Under the pieces are notes generated by a model that saw nothing but the letters and a program-made list of their open reading frames with translations, had not been told where the DNA came from and did no database searches. From NCBI GenBank assembly GCA_000934665.2, contig JYFJ02000948.1, forward strand, positions 1-64,000: a stretch of 64,000 nt of DNA, given 5' to 3'. Source of the DNA: Catajapyx aquilonaris. Lineage: Eukaryota. Below, in pieces: positions 13,326-24,671 of the stretch (position 1 is its first letter; each line of letters begins with the position of its first letter). Position numbers and translations under genes: made by a program.

Positions 13326-15616
13326 TCAGGAGACCACCACTTCTGCATCCATGACCTCGACAATCTCTCCTTCAAGTGTGACCTCCTGACCTGACCAGGC
13401 ATCGCCTGACATGACCACCAAGGGTGCTGGCCATGATGAATTCTGATTGGAAGCATGGTGCTCCTTCAGGTACTCCCCGCCCTTCTCGTCATACTCAGCT
13501 CGGGTCACAAACGACTTCATATTGTCCTCCAAAGCAGCCCACTCCTTGGCTCCGTTCCAAGCATCCAACGCAGGGTTATTTGCTCTAGTGACCATGAATT
13601 TTGACTGGAAGGGTCGCATCTCCAGCAGTTCCTTGGTCACACGCTCTTGTAGGCCTGGATATGAAGCAGATCCGCCAGTGAGAAATATATTGCCAACCAG
13701 CTCCATCTGGACATCAGGAGGGTACTGGCGCAACACGTAGTCGACTGTTTCTGCGATCCCTGCCTGGTCCAGTCCGAGCATGGATGGCTGGAATAATAGT
13801 TCGGGGACACGCACACGCTCCACCCCGACGTGCAGCTGGTAGCTCTCGGCTGTGGTTGCAGCTGTGTTTCCAAGGTTTTGGAACTGGGGGTCGTGGCACC
13901 GCAAGGCAGCTTCCAGTTCGTTCAACTCCTCCTGCTCAGCCTCACTGTCCGTGTCCCCACCTTCCTGCAATGTTCAATACATAAGTACTCATCAGGGAAT
14001 GACAGCGATAGTGCAGTACCTTGCTGATGGCCTTGTAGACATCCCAGTCCTCGTCCTTCATCCCAAAGGTGTCGTCCTTCTTTTCCTTCCTGGCTAGTTG
14101 GCTGATGATTCTCATCCTCTCCTGTGCAGCCACGGTCCTTCTCTTGGCCATGTCTGTCCTCCGTTGTCTCCTGGCTGCCTTCTTCTTCAGGATGCCCTCC
14201 CTTTTTTGCCTGATCCCTTCCAGCCAACTCTCCAGGTTCTCCTTCTCTTTCGGCCCAATCCTTCCTTTCACCTCCTTCACCCCCTCATCTTGGGATGCTG
14301 GAGCAGCCATCTTCAGTTTGATTCGCTCCACCTTTGACTGCAGCTGCGAAATATGTCGCTGCAGGTCCCCAACCGACTCCACCTCCAGCTCACGTAAAGC
14401 GGCCTCCATTTCCTCCTCCTCTCCTTCATCCCATGTTTCCTTGAGGTTGATTAGACATTGGAGCCGCTCTTCATCTTCAGCCAGCCGCTCTTCACGTCGA
14501 CGCGCATTCATTTCAACAAGCCGTTTCGCAAGCTCTTTGCGACGTTCCTTTTGCTGTTCAGGTGTCAGCGCAACGACTGGTGCTGGTGTGTATGGAAGCT
14601 GCACACGGCGAACATGGGCATCGTAATAGTCGAAATCTGCCCAGCGTCGAAGATCTGCTTGGTAGTCCTCTGCCACATACGTGTGTCCTCGAGCCAGTTC
14701 CTCAGCTCTGCTTAGAGTAACGGCTGGTGCGTGTACTGGGTACTTGAGCTGCAGTAGACGGTGCATGAACGATGTAATGTGGAATCCTCCGATGCTAATG
14801 CGCCTTGCACGTGATGAGTCAACACGACCCTCCAGTACTGGCAGGATGTGCGTGGTATGGTGTCCACAATTCACCAACAAGGCTGAGCTGCCTGCGGGAC
14901 AGTTGTGACCAAGACTGAACAGACCATCGACTCCCAATGCCATACTCGGGACATGGTAGCATTCGAAGAGGAGCTCTGACACCACTGCAGGAGTAAGGCG
15001 TAATGAGTGTACATGCGATTTGGCAAGATGAGCTGTACTTACAATGTCGTGAGTAGTTTGGATTAAGAAAAGCTTCAGTCAGGACAACAGGGTGGTTGAC
15101 AGACCCTTCCGTGTCTATACCCATGTGCGTGAATATGTAATCAAACACATGCTCCTGTGCCTCGAAATGCGTGATGACATTCTTCTCAAACTGTGTCTTC
15201 AGTTGGAAACGGACCGCCTCGATATTGGCTATGTCGTTCCCAACCAGAATCTCCACATCCTGCCGAGAAGCCAATAATTCCCAATTAAAAAAAAAACTGC
15301 TTCGTAAAGCGGCATGATACACGTACCTTCTTCCCTTTCTCACGTCTAAGGCGGGCCATCAAGTTCTTAAAGACCATCTTCGGCTTCTCATCAGTCGCCC
15401 ATCCAACTCTGCACTGGTACGAACCTTGCAACAAGCACAGATAATTACAAAACATTAAAAAAAAATCATTATGCCAAGAGCTAATGATTATGCTCTTTGG
15501 GCGTTCATACCATTATCGATGACAATGGGCGTCCCTGCCCTCCTGATGCTATCCGTACAAGGGTAAATCGGATCCGCAACCACCCGCAGATCCTTCAGCT
15601 GAATAGTCTCCGCCAT
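13326..15616 (-). CDS. ACTR5: Actin-related protein 5 (INO80 complex subunit), about 674 aa
   Basis: Minus-strand exons 15616-15511, 15424-15327, 15259-15043, 14984-14020, 13964-13326 (2025 nt). [100 protein letters not shown]. Confidence 0.95.
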
Positions 15617-15828
15617 ATTCGTCCAACCGATCCCGAAACGGATCAAAAACTCATGCGCCCTTTTCTTCTCACAAAAAAGTGAGTGTGCGCCGCCATCTTG
15701 TCCGGTTGCGCCACGTGATGCTCAGTTGTTTTTCAGTTGATGGCGAGCGGGAAATTTTGGAATTGGTCAGTTGTGTTTGACCTTCTGCAGATGGAGCCTT
15801 ATTGACTGGTGGACAAGGAAAGGGTGTC
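15617..15828. promoter_or_regulatory. Compact bidirectional promoter between Arp5 and ferroportin copy 2
   Basis: The start codons face away from each other 212 bp apart. GCCGCCATCTTG (YY1-type) lies at about 15689-15700. Confidence 0.6.
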
Positions 15829-16766
15829 ATGGAGGAGGAAGAGGAAGAGGAGGACGCTGAAGGTTAGTGTGCACAGCAATGCAAATGTATACATGTACAT
15901 GTTCTTTTACGACAGTAGGTAATAAGAAGTGGACGACGACGACGACGAGGCGGTTCAGTTCTGTTTCCAAGCTGTACATGGGAGAGAGCTTCTCAGCATG
16001 GGGAGACCGCATGTGGCAGTACGCACTGGGACGCTACCTGGTCATCTTGTGTCCAAGCTCACTCAGGCTCACGGCCACTTACGGGTTCATTCGTTCCTTG
16101 TCCGTCATCTCCTTCGGTGCGTTGGTTGGAAAGTGGATTGATGGCAGCCCCAGGTTGAGAGGTAAAGTCCTACATGGCCGGACCGTTCCTTTTTTTTACA
16201 TTGTAAAGTGTGTCATTTATAATATAATAACTAGCAGCTATAGCAAGAGCCCGTTCTTCGCACGGCCTGTTGCCATATGGTTTGATGCTATATGGAGACC
16301 TGCTGGTTGCCATTTGAACCCGTAGAGTTGCTATGTACGAACAAACTAACGAACTTCGCCTTTTATACGTATAGACTAGTAGCAGAGCCTGTTCTTATAC
16401 GCTCGGCTTGTTTCCATGGTTAATTGATGCCATGGTAAACCATTGCAATAGGGTAATGGACAAACAAACTTTGCTTTTTATATGTGAAGATTATTATTAT
16501 GAATTTTTTTTTGTATGTTTATATGTGTACATTGCGCGAGTGTCTGTATGTATTCATGTCATCCTTTTCATTATCATCCTATCCATATTATACCCTCTGC
16601 TTGGCCTGACCGCAGTCATCAGAGGATATATACTCTTGATTATACTAGTGCGTTGTACTGTACGAGATCGCCAGGTGGATTGTACCTGGTCATCGCTGGT
16701 AACCCCATCTTGATGGGAATATGCCGTGAGTGAAATGAATTAATAAATTTATGAATAGAATCAATA

Positions 16767-16802
<36 letters not shown>

Positions 16803-18736
16803 AATGTGGGTAGTACCGTCGTCTTCTTAATTAAGCATTGCCTTGGCTGTAAATGTGCATATGCTCAGTACATGTACTACAGTATATCGCTCAAAAAGAT
16901 GGAGACTATTTTTTATTGGCACAATCGGCTCCATTTTTTTGAGTGATATAGTACATATTGGTTGCATTAATAACACCCTTAGGCAGAGTGTCATTTATTT
17001 ACAGCGATCCGAGTTTCCATTGGGGTTCAAAATTTGTGCGTGACCATCGCTGGTGTGCTGTTGTGCGTGTTTATGGAGAGTCAATATGCGGTGTGGATGG
17101 AGTATGTTTTCTACGCACTTATTATAATTGTGACCTGCCTTGCTGACTTGGCTAGTGTTGCTTCCAAGATCAACATTGAGAAGGATTGGACGGTCGTGAT
17201 TTCTGGAGGTGATAATGAAGTTCTTGCAGGTACAGAAGGATTGTCCAATTTGGAGCAAATTACTCTTTATTATACTTGAGCTAGTTGCATTAATTATTTT
17301 CCAGAGATGAACTCAAAGCTTCGCAGCATTGACCTCGTGACTTTCACCCTTGCACCCGGGTTGGTTGGCGTGCTGTTTACCTACATGTCTCCAACTTGGG
17401 CAGCAGTGACCATGATCTTGTGGAACCTGGTGTCCATGTCCTTGGAATACCACTTGCTCCATCTCATTTACAAAGAATGTCCTCGTTTGGCAGAGAAGAA
17501 GGCATCGGGCTGTACTGAGAAGCATGTGTGCACCTCCCGCTGTGAGATGGCAGACGTGACCTACCTGGCAGCATGGAAGTCTTACTTCAGCCACCCTGTG
17601 AGATGTGCAGGGCTAGGGTTGGCTTCTCTCTACATGACTGTGCTTGGGTTTGACAGTGACACCGTAGGATATGCCATAAATCAGGCAAGGACAGACATGT
17701 GGATGTTTAAAAAAAATTTGCTCTCATGTAAATCAATTGATGTCATTTGCAGCTTGCCTGTACATGGACAAACAGTAGGACTTGTAACAACATGGAAGGA
17801 AATGGCTGAATTACAATAATTTCTCAATTATTTCTTCAGGGTCTTCCTGATATCGTGGTTGGAATCCTGACAGGTGTTGGTGCCCTGTTTGGAATTGGTG
17901 GAAGCCTGGTGTATCCAGCAATGCGACGGAAGATGGGGATTGAGAAGACTACCATGTTGGGCTTTGTGATGGAAATTTCCTGCCTGCTGATTTGTGTGGC
18001 ATCCCTCTGGTGCCCAGGATCACCGTTTGACCCGTCACATGTCCAGTTCACTGCCTTTTACAACAGTTGTCAGGATGACAAGGAAGCCAATGGGATTCAC
18101 ACATTGCCTCTGAATTCAGAGAATCAGAGTTTCTGGGACAAATACACGTCAATCAGCGTGCTCATGACGGGCATCATCCTGTCTAGGTTTGGCTTATGGA
18201 TCATAGACATCTGCATCACGCAGATCATGCAGGAGAAGGTTGGTCCACTTTTCTTGCCAAAATATTTTGAAATCGTGCGTTCTTAATTTTTGTGTTGTTT
18301 CTTACTCTGCCCAGGTAGAAGAGATGAGACGTGGAAGCATCGGTGGGGTGCAGAACTCCTTGAACATGACTTTGGACTTAGTAAAGTTCCTGCTTTTACT
18401 GGTGTTTTCCGATACGGAGAACTTTGGCATCATGATTCTGCTGTCGGGAACATTTGTCAGTTTTGGGTCAGTGAAGCAGGATTTAATGTTACCCATCAAC
18501 TGTGGTCTTTTTCAAGATTGGACTGCTTTATCAGGATTACATATTTATTTATCTGCATCTCTTTTTTTTAAATTGCTGATTTTAAAAACATATACCAGTA
18601 TGAGAGCAAATGACTCCAGCCTCATGCACTGGAAGTCAAATTATATCTTTATTTATTTTTTTCCAGGTGGTTCCTATTCACTTTGTACTATTCTGGAGCA
18701 TGCATACCATCAGCCACCGCACCCGAATTTGAATAG
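15829..18736 (+). CDS. SLC40A1: Ferroportin homolog, copy 2, about 500 aa
   Basis: Exons 15829-15862, 15919 (or 15916)-16161, 17005-17229, 17305-17684, 17840-18238, 18315-18466, 18667-18736, frame-consistent. Motifs: SAWGDRMWQ, EKDWTVVI, MNSKLRSIDL, LYMTVLGFD, WCPGSPFD, SRFGLWIIDI, RGSIGGVQNS. Confidence 0.9.
16231..16490 (-). mobile_element. Two head-to-tail non-autonomous Helitron-like elements (16231-16375 and 16376-16490)
   Basis: On the minus strand each unit begins 5'-TC with an AT-rich ...ATAAAA(A)G and ends CTAG-3'. The first unit has a GC-rich subterminal hairpin (gcccgttcttcgcacggc), degenerate in the second. The array sits between an A and a T. Confidence 0.65.
16767..16803 (+). 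repeat. (GAT)n microsatellite, about 12 units
   Basis: Direct sequence inspection. Confidence 0.95.
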
Positions 18737-19163
18737 ATTTACAAAGGGAGAGTCAAAGTTTGAGAAGTGTTTACATCATTCACAACTAGAGTCGTCAACC
18801 CAATGCAGGTATTGAAGCATATATTGTAATATCAGCAATTTGTAATATTATATCTGGAATATCAGTACATTGCAGCAGGCAAGACTGTAACAAAGAGCAT
18901 AATAACTATATTCTTAAGCTCTTTGGCCTATAATGAGTTTTACATTGTTTACAGTGACATCGTCCTGATAAAATAGAAAGAGATTGCTTAGATACGATCT
19001 CATTTTCAGCATATTGTTGAAGCCAAATTGCAGCATTTCTTTTTACACCATGAGGCTGGTAGAGTTGTCTAAATTTTAAAGTTCAAGAAATACTGATTTT
19101 TACATTTTCCCAGTCCAAATTCTTCGTCAACCTGTGAGTACAATTGAGCCCTAGATTGCACCA

Positions 19164-22100
19164 ATGATGGAAGTGTTGCAGCCAAGCCGTGATGAACGCG
19201 AAGGTAGTGGTTCATATTATCAGAAAATGTACCATGACCATGATAAAACTTCATTTAGGACCAGTTTGTACTGTACAAACATGAGTTAAGATTGACTATG
19301 GACCAAGCTATGGACTTAGTTTGCATGTAAACTTGAGCTAATTATAGTTAACTAATGCTCACATAACTGGCCCCTAGTGGCATTATATCAGGGAATCAAG
19401 TCCAAGTTGTGTGCAGTCCAAGCCATTACATTCTGTGGCCAGCGACTGTGGAATTTTTCACTTGCATTCTACCTGATTCGTCTGATGCCTGATACTTTGC
19501 TGCTGCCTGCCCTCTATGGATTCCTCTACACAGGATCAGTTATTGCTCTTGGGACCAAGATTAACAAGTGGATTTTCGCCATGAACCGACTGGAAGGTAC
19601 TGTCTCTTGGAATGATATTGACTTTTGTACATCTTTGCATCATTTTGCAGCTCTCCACTGGTCAAATTATACGCACTATACAGCCATGCTTAGCTGTACA
19701 GTAGTTATCTACTTGGTCATGTACTTTGAGGAATGGTTAGAAGGGCAACAGACAAAGACTCTGACCTACTGTGGTTATGCAGTCATCATGATTCTCTCTT
19801 GCATTGGGGATCTGGCAGGTGTGGCCAACGATGTGACCATTGAGAATTGGGTGGAGGCCATATTTATGGAACACGCAGATGAGATATCAAGTGTGTAGTG
19901 AAATGCCTAATTTTGCATTTTATGATGTCTGAAGAAGAGACCCTTTAGTATTATTACTGACTATCTAAAAGATCTCACTGCAAAATCATATTTCTCTCTC
20001 TCGTCTCCATTATGTAGGTGTGAACGCCATGCTGAGCAGCGCTTCTCGTGCTACAAACGTCCTGGCCCCTGTTGTTGGTGGCCTGGTATTTCAGTACCTT
20101 CCTGTGATCTACATTACTATATTCATGGCCTCTTGGATTCTGATAGCCATGTTCCTGGAGCATTACTTCATGACCAAAATATATCACTGTGTTCCTGACC
20201 TTGCTGAAACCCAGTGCATGCTAACTTCTGGTGTCAACATGTGTAATGTCATGAAGAATGTAAGCTGTCAGAAAGCATGGTCGACATACTTCAGGCAAAG
20301 AGTTTGCATTGTTTGTGTAGGCTTTGCCCTTACTTATGCATCAGTGCTGGAGTTTGCTGGTGTCACCTACACATATGCAGTAAACCGTGGCCTGAACAAG
20401 TTTGTTGTTGGAATATTTGCCGGAGTGGCTGCCTTTTTCGAAGTAGTTGGAGGATTAGCATCTGTCGCTATTGAGAGAAAGTTGCACCCACTTACTACAG
20501 GCAATCTGAGTTACTTTCTGGGCTGCCTGTTTCTCTGGCCATGCGTTGCTTCTCTGTGGGTGAAAGGATCTCCATATGAAGAATATTTCCAAGAAGTTCG
20601 CCTGGAAAGGATTAAGGACGTAACCAAATTGCGTAACCTGTCATTCAACACTTTATCCCAGTATGAATCCATCACCATGCTGATGGGTGGGATCGCATTC
20701 TCTGCATTTGGAATGAGGATGGTGGGCCAGGTGGTTGCGAGGATGTGCAGAGTCAATGTTTTGCAACACGAGAGGCCCATGGTGGGAGGTGTGCAAACAT
20801 CTATCGAAGCAGTGATGACGTTGATGAAGTTCGTCATAGCCATTGCTATTCCTGGACTGAAGACATACTACATCCTTGTTTTAATCTCCATCTTGATGGT
20901 GCATTTGGGGTAAGGAATCAAATGGTATGCTATTTGTAATCAAGCTTTAGTCTAATATTTGACTTACCATTTAAAATCGTGGTGGTAATACAACTATATT
21001 GCTTGAGGAACCATATAAATTTGTGAATAGCAATAAATTATACGGTATACTCTCTAAGTTCAAATGAAGCTCTTGAATCAGGAAACAGTACATGTTACAT
21101 TGAAATTCTTTAAATAATAATCATTGTGGGTAGTGCTTTTGACCCCTTGGGTACAAGCACGGACCTCTTGATTTTATCTATTGGTGCATTTGTACATCGC
21201 GGGACCTTTCCTGAAATGGCCGGGCCCAATGGGCAAGGTGACAGGAGGGGATATGCAATGTGCAGTGCAAAGTTGCTAATATGGTACATAGTTTGTGAAC
21301 TCCCCCGGGTGGATATGTATAGAGGAAATTCCACCCAAGATGAAGCCAGAGACGACCCAACTCTGCATGAGATGAAGGGGGTGTCTCCGGGCTGGGATCG
21401 AACCCGGGACCTTAACATCTGTGGGCGCATACGTTACCGCAGCGCCACTCCGCCTCCCTATGTTACATTGAAATTGAGTTTGCACTTCTGAAATTGTTTC
21501 TCTGAGTTCCTCTGCAAGCCACATGAGCTTTGCACATGCACCAAACTTGCCATATACTGGTATTCCAGTTTTTAAAGTGTACAATACAAAATGAAACATA
21601 AAATGTAAGCAGCACCAAGAAGAATACTGATAGCACCCGTTTTACTCCGGTAATTGGTTCCAGCAAAATGCGGCGTAAAGTCAAAAGGCATAAAAACGAG
21701 ACAAAATTATAATGGGAGTAAATGAGATAGGTTCCAAGATTTCCTAAATTTTCCCTCAGACAGGACTTGTATGACTCTTTTTAATGCTGACTATTTTAAA
21801 CATTTATTATGCACATTTAATGGGAGGTGGGAGGTTGTGGGTGATCTGGTTCTGAGACCTCTTTTCCCTTCTTTTGGCAAGAACTGCAGTAGACATAGGG
21901 TATTTAACAGACGTCGGAGAGTGCTGAGACCAACAATGCAGTACTGTATTTATCGATAGACCCCCGCAACAAGGCACCACGAAAAACAAAAAAGAGCATT
22001 TATGGCAATGATTTTGAACTCAGAAGTGTTGCAGTGATGTGTTTATGTTCAGATTGTGTAGGTGTCGTCAAATATTTGTAACAATTTGTCAATTGAAATT

Positions 22101-22662
22101 TTTAAACATGTAATTTTCAAACTGGCACGGCATTAATGTGAAACAGCGTAAAATGGAGCAGTGTAAAACGAGTACCTTCTGTGACCAGATGCCTTACCTA
22201 ACAGTGTTATGAGTGTACATTAACAGAGTAAAAATGCATACAAAGTGAAATATAACATAGGCATGGTCTACTCTTCTTTGAATGTGCATTTCAATGTATA
22301 CATCAGCATAAAATAATAACAACAGAACATAAGAATAAAAATAAAAAACAAAGTGCAGGCCTGCCACCTACAACTGAGGTTTGGCGCACCTGCATTACTT
22401 TATATAGCTTACATAGCTATGTAGCTTATATAGCTTACAGTGGGTCTGAGAGCAACATGTGCACAATTGCAATTAGTTTTTTATGTAGCAGTTTTCCAAT
22501 TCCATGGTTCAATTGCTTTTTTTTTCTAGGTGGATATTTTTTGCAATCTACACCTGCAAGAATGCTTCCTGTTGTGCAGAATATGAAGAAAGCCCACAAG
22601 AAGAAGAGGAACATGTCACATGGACAAGTACACTTTCATATGCCTTCAACAAGTGGATATAA
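19164..22662 (+). CDS. Divergent ferroportin-like MFS transporter, copy 3, about 507 aa
   Basis: Exons 19164-19203, 19378-19596, 19651-19890, 20018-20909, 22530-22662 (1524 nt, open). Same intron positions and phases as copy 1. Residual motifs: GQRLWNF, ALYG, TNVLAP, AWSTYF, SLWVKGSPY, GGVQTS. Confidence 0.85.
21108..21459 (-). mobile_element. tRNA-derived SINE with a 16-bp target-site duplication
   Basis: The minus strand begins GGGAGGCGGAGTGGCGCTGCGG (A box) ... GGTTCGATCCC (B box) and ends in an AT-rich (ATT) tail. It is flanked by atgttacattgaaatt at 21092-21107 and 21460-21475. Confidence 0.85.
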
Positions 22663-24239
22663 TTTTAACTGGTATGTCATGCTTGACATTTTCAATGCAT
22701 TTCCCATGGTACATTTAATCTGTATATTATTGCAAGTGTCACCTTCAGGGGTATTGAGCATGTGAAAGGATCTCATCTACGATTGTCATTGGCTCTAGTT
22801 GTGGTAATTCTTAGGAAGTGGGTTGCTAATAATATTATGTGAAAGAAGTGAAAGTCCAATTTTGCCAGACTAGATCCCCAACTGAGACTCTGGAGTTGAA
22901 GACATTTGTTTTGAAATTTCCAGCATAATGTTGAGACGGAAAGGGTTAGTAGCATTGGGTAATTTTTGTATAAGACTATCTGGCACTGTTAGACAATTGT
23001 AAATTTTTTGAACATGTTATTGGCCAAGAAAAGTAATATTTCGTAAACAAAACCATTGTGCAACCCTGTTTGCACCGTGTGGCAAGCCTTAAAATGGGGG
23101 CAATACACGTATCTTATTGGACAATTTGCATACGGTACCTAAAAATTAATAATGTGCTGTCATTTACATAAAAATTAATGGTTTTTAAATTTCTCCAATG
23201 CTTTTGTGTCCATTTTGCATTTGAAAAAGATAATTTTCAATTCCAGATTTCTTAGTTGGGGATCTACATAGGGCAAAATGGACATTTTGTTCTAATATCA
23301 TTGGTAACAAACTCACTGAAAGTTATCATGAATTAAGTCTACAGTCATGCAGGAAGGGATCCTTTGATGCAGCCAAGTTACTACATTGCTAAAGAAATTC
23401 ATGAATGAGTGCATTGTGGAAATATGAAAATGGCCTCAGGAAAAATGCAACAAATTATTACAGTGCTTAGAATTTATCTTAATAATGATGGTTGATATGA
23501 ATGATATCTTCCAGTGAAAAATTTCCTCCTCTACATGTGATTGGAATAAATCATGTATACACATTCCAGTATTGTTTGGACCGGTTTGGACTGACGGGGA
23601 CAAACCTGAGTGGTGATTGTGGCTGAAGATCTGTGCTTTCTCTCGCACATTTTCAGGCTAGTCTTATCCATTGCAGTATGTTCTACATGGGAATAATATT
23701 GTACCATAATTATGCCCTTGGCCTTTCAGTAACAAGCTTCCACTGGGCTTGCATCTAGATGTGGTAGGATGTGCATAGAAGGGACAGAGCAGTTATTAGT
23801 GCTAACAGGCAACATATGGGTGGTCCTGCAAGGAGGTGGTGATTGTTATTGAACTAGTTGGGTTATGCAGCTGACTACCTGTGTAATGCATGAGATTCAC
23901 AAGGGAAACGGGATATGAGATTAGATAATGAGCTATAAGAACTATAACGTATGAGACTCCTTAGAGAGTAAAAGTGTTAGAGCATTCTCTCAGAGATGTT
24001 TAAAGCATAGACAAGTTTGTACGATACCCTATGTGACACGTCTAACTTGTAAGTTTTCTGGAGACTCTGGACGTAGTCACTGACTGGAAAATGTGGATTC
24101 TGGACCTGGTCACCAATTAATTCAGTATTACCCTTGTTTAGGGCAACATAATTATATTAGGCTTTCTACAATGTGGAGTATGATAATATTCCACAGGTAC
24201 AGTACATACCTTGTATACATTGTAGCTGGTAATAATTCA

Positions 24240-24403
24240 ACAACAACAACAACACCATCACGACATTTCCCTAGAAGGGGTAGTCAGCGACGACGGGAGC
24301 CACAAGCTAACCCAAAATATGAACTAAATTAAAACTGGTAAAAATCAGCCTATATAAACACCCTGATCCGCCCCACACCCCTGCCCATCTCAGTGTTTGT
24401 CGT
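24240..24403 (-). mobile_element. 5'-truncated non-LTR retroelement or SINE 3' end with a (GTT)n tail
   Basis: A (CAA)n run on + at about 24238-24254; a 14-bp direct repeat ctggtaataattca at 24226-24239 and 24404-24417. Confidence 0.75.
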
Positions 24404-24671
24404 CTGGTAATAATTCAGTAGTAATTAATGGATTTTACATTGTTTCCAATAGCATCCTGGCAAATAGACTGAGATTGCCTAGATACGATGTGCCTCATTT
24501 TCAATATTTTGTTTACCATTGTTGAAGCCTAATTTCAACTTTTAAAAATACCATGAGGCTGGTAGAGTTGTCTGTTAAATTTAAAAGTTTAAGAAATACT
24601 GATTTTTACATTTGCCAGCTACAAAATTTTCATCACCTGTGGGGACAATTGAGCTCTAGATTGTATCAATA

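Noticed and set aside
14069..14626. 185-aa plus-strand ORF and similar antisense ORFs over Arp5, spen and the ferroportins
   Set aside because: These are shadow ORFs on the opposite strand of real coding exons.
19597..19650. In-frame, stop-free introns in copy 3 (54 nt) and copy 4 (24993-25058, 66 nt) read as coding by the ORF track
   Set aside because: They have GT-AG ends at the same position as introns in copies 1 and 2, and the homologous intron in copy 5 contains an in-frame stop. Treated as introns.
21380..21459. Possible third tRNA gene
   Set aside because: It has A and B boxes but no convincing cloverleaf and no immediate T-run terminator, and it is the head of a TSD-flanked SINE.
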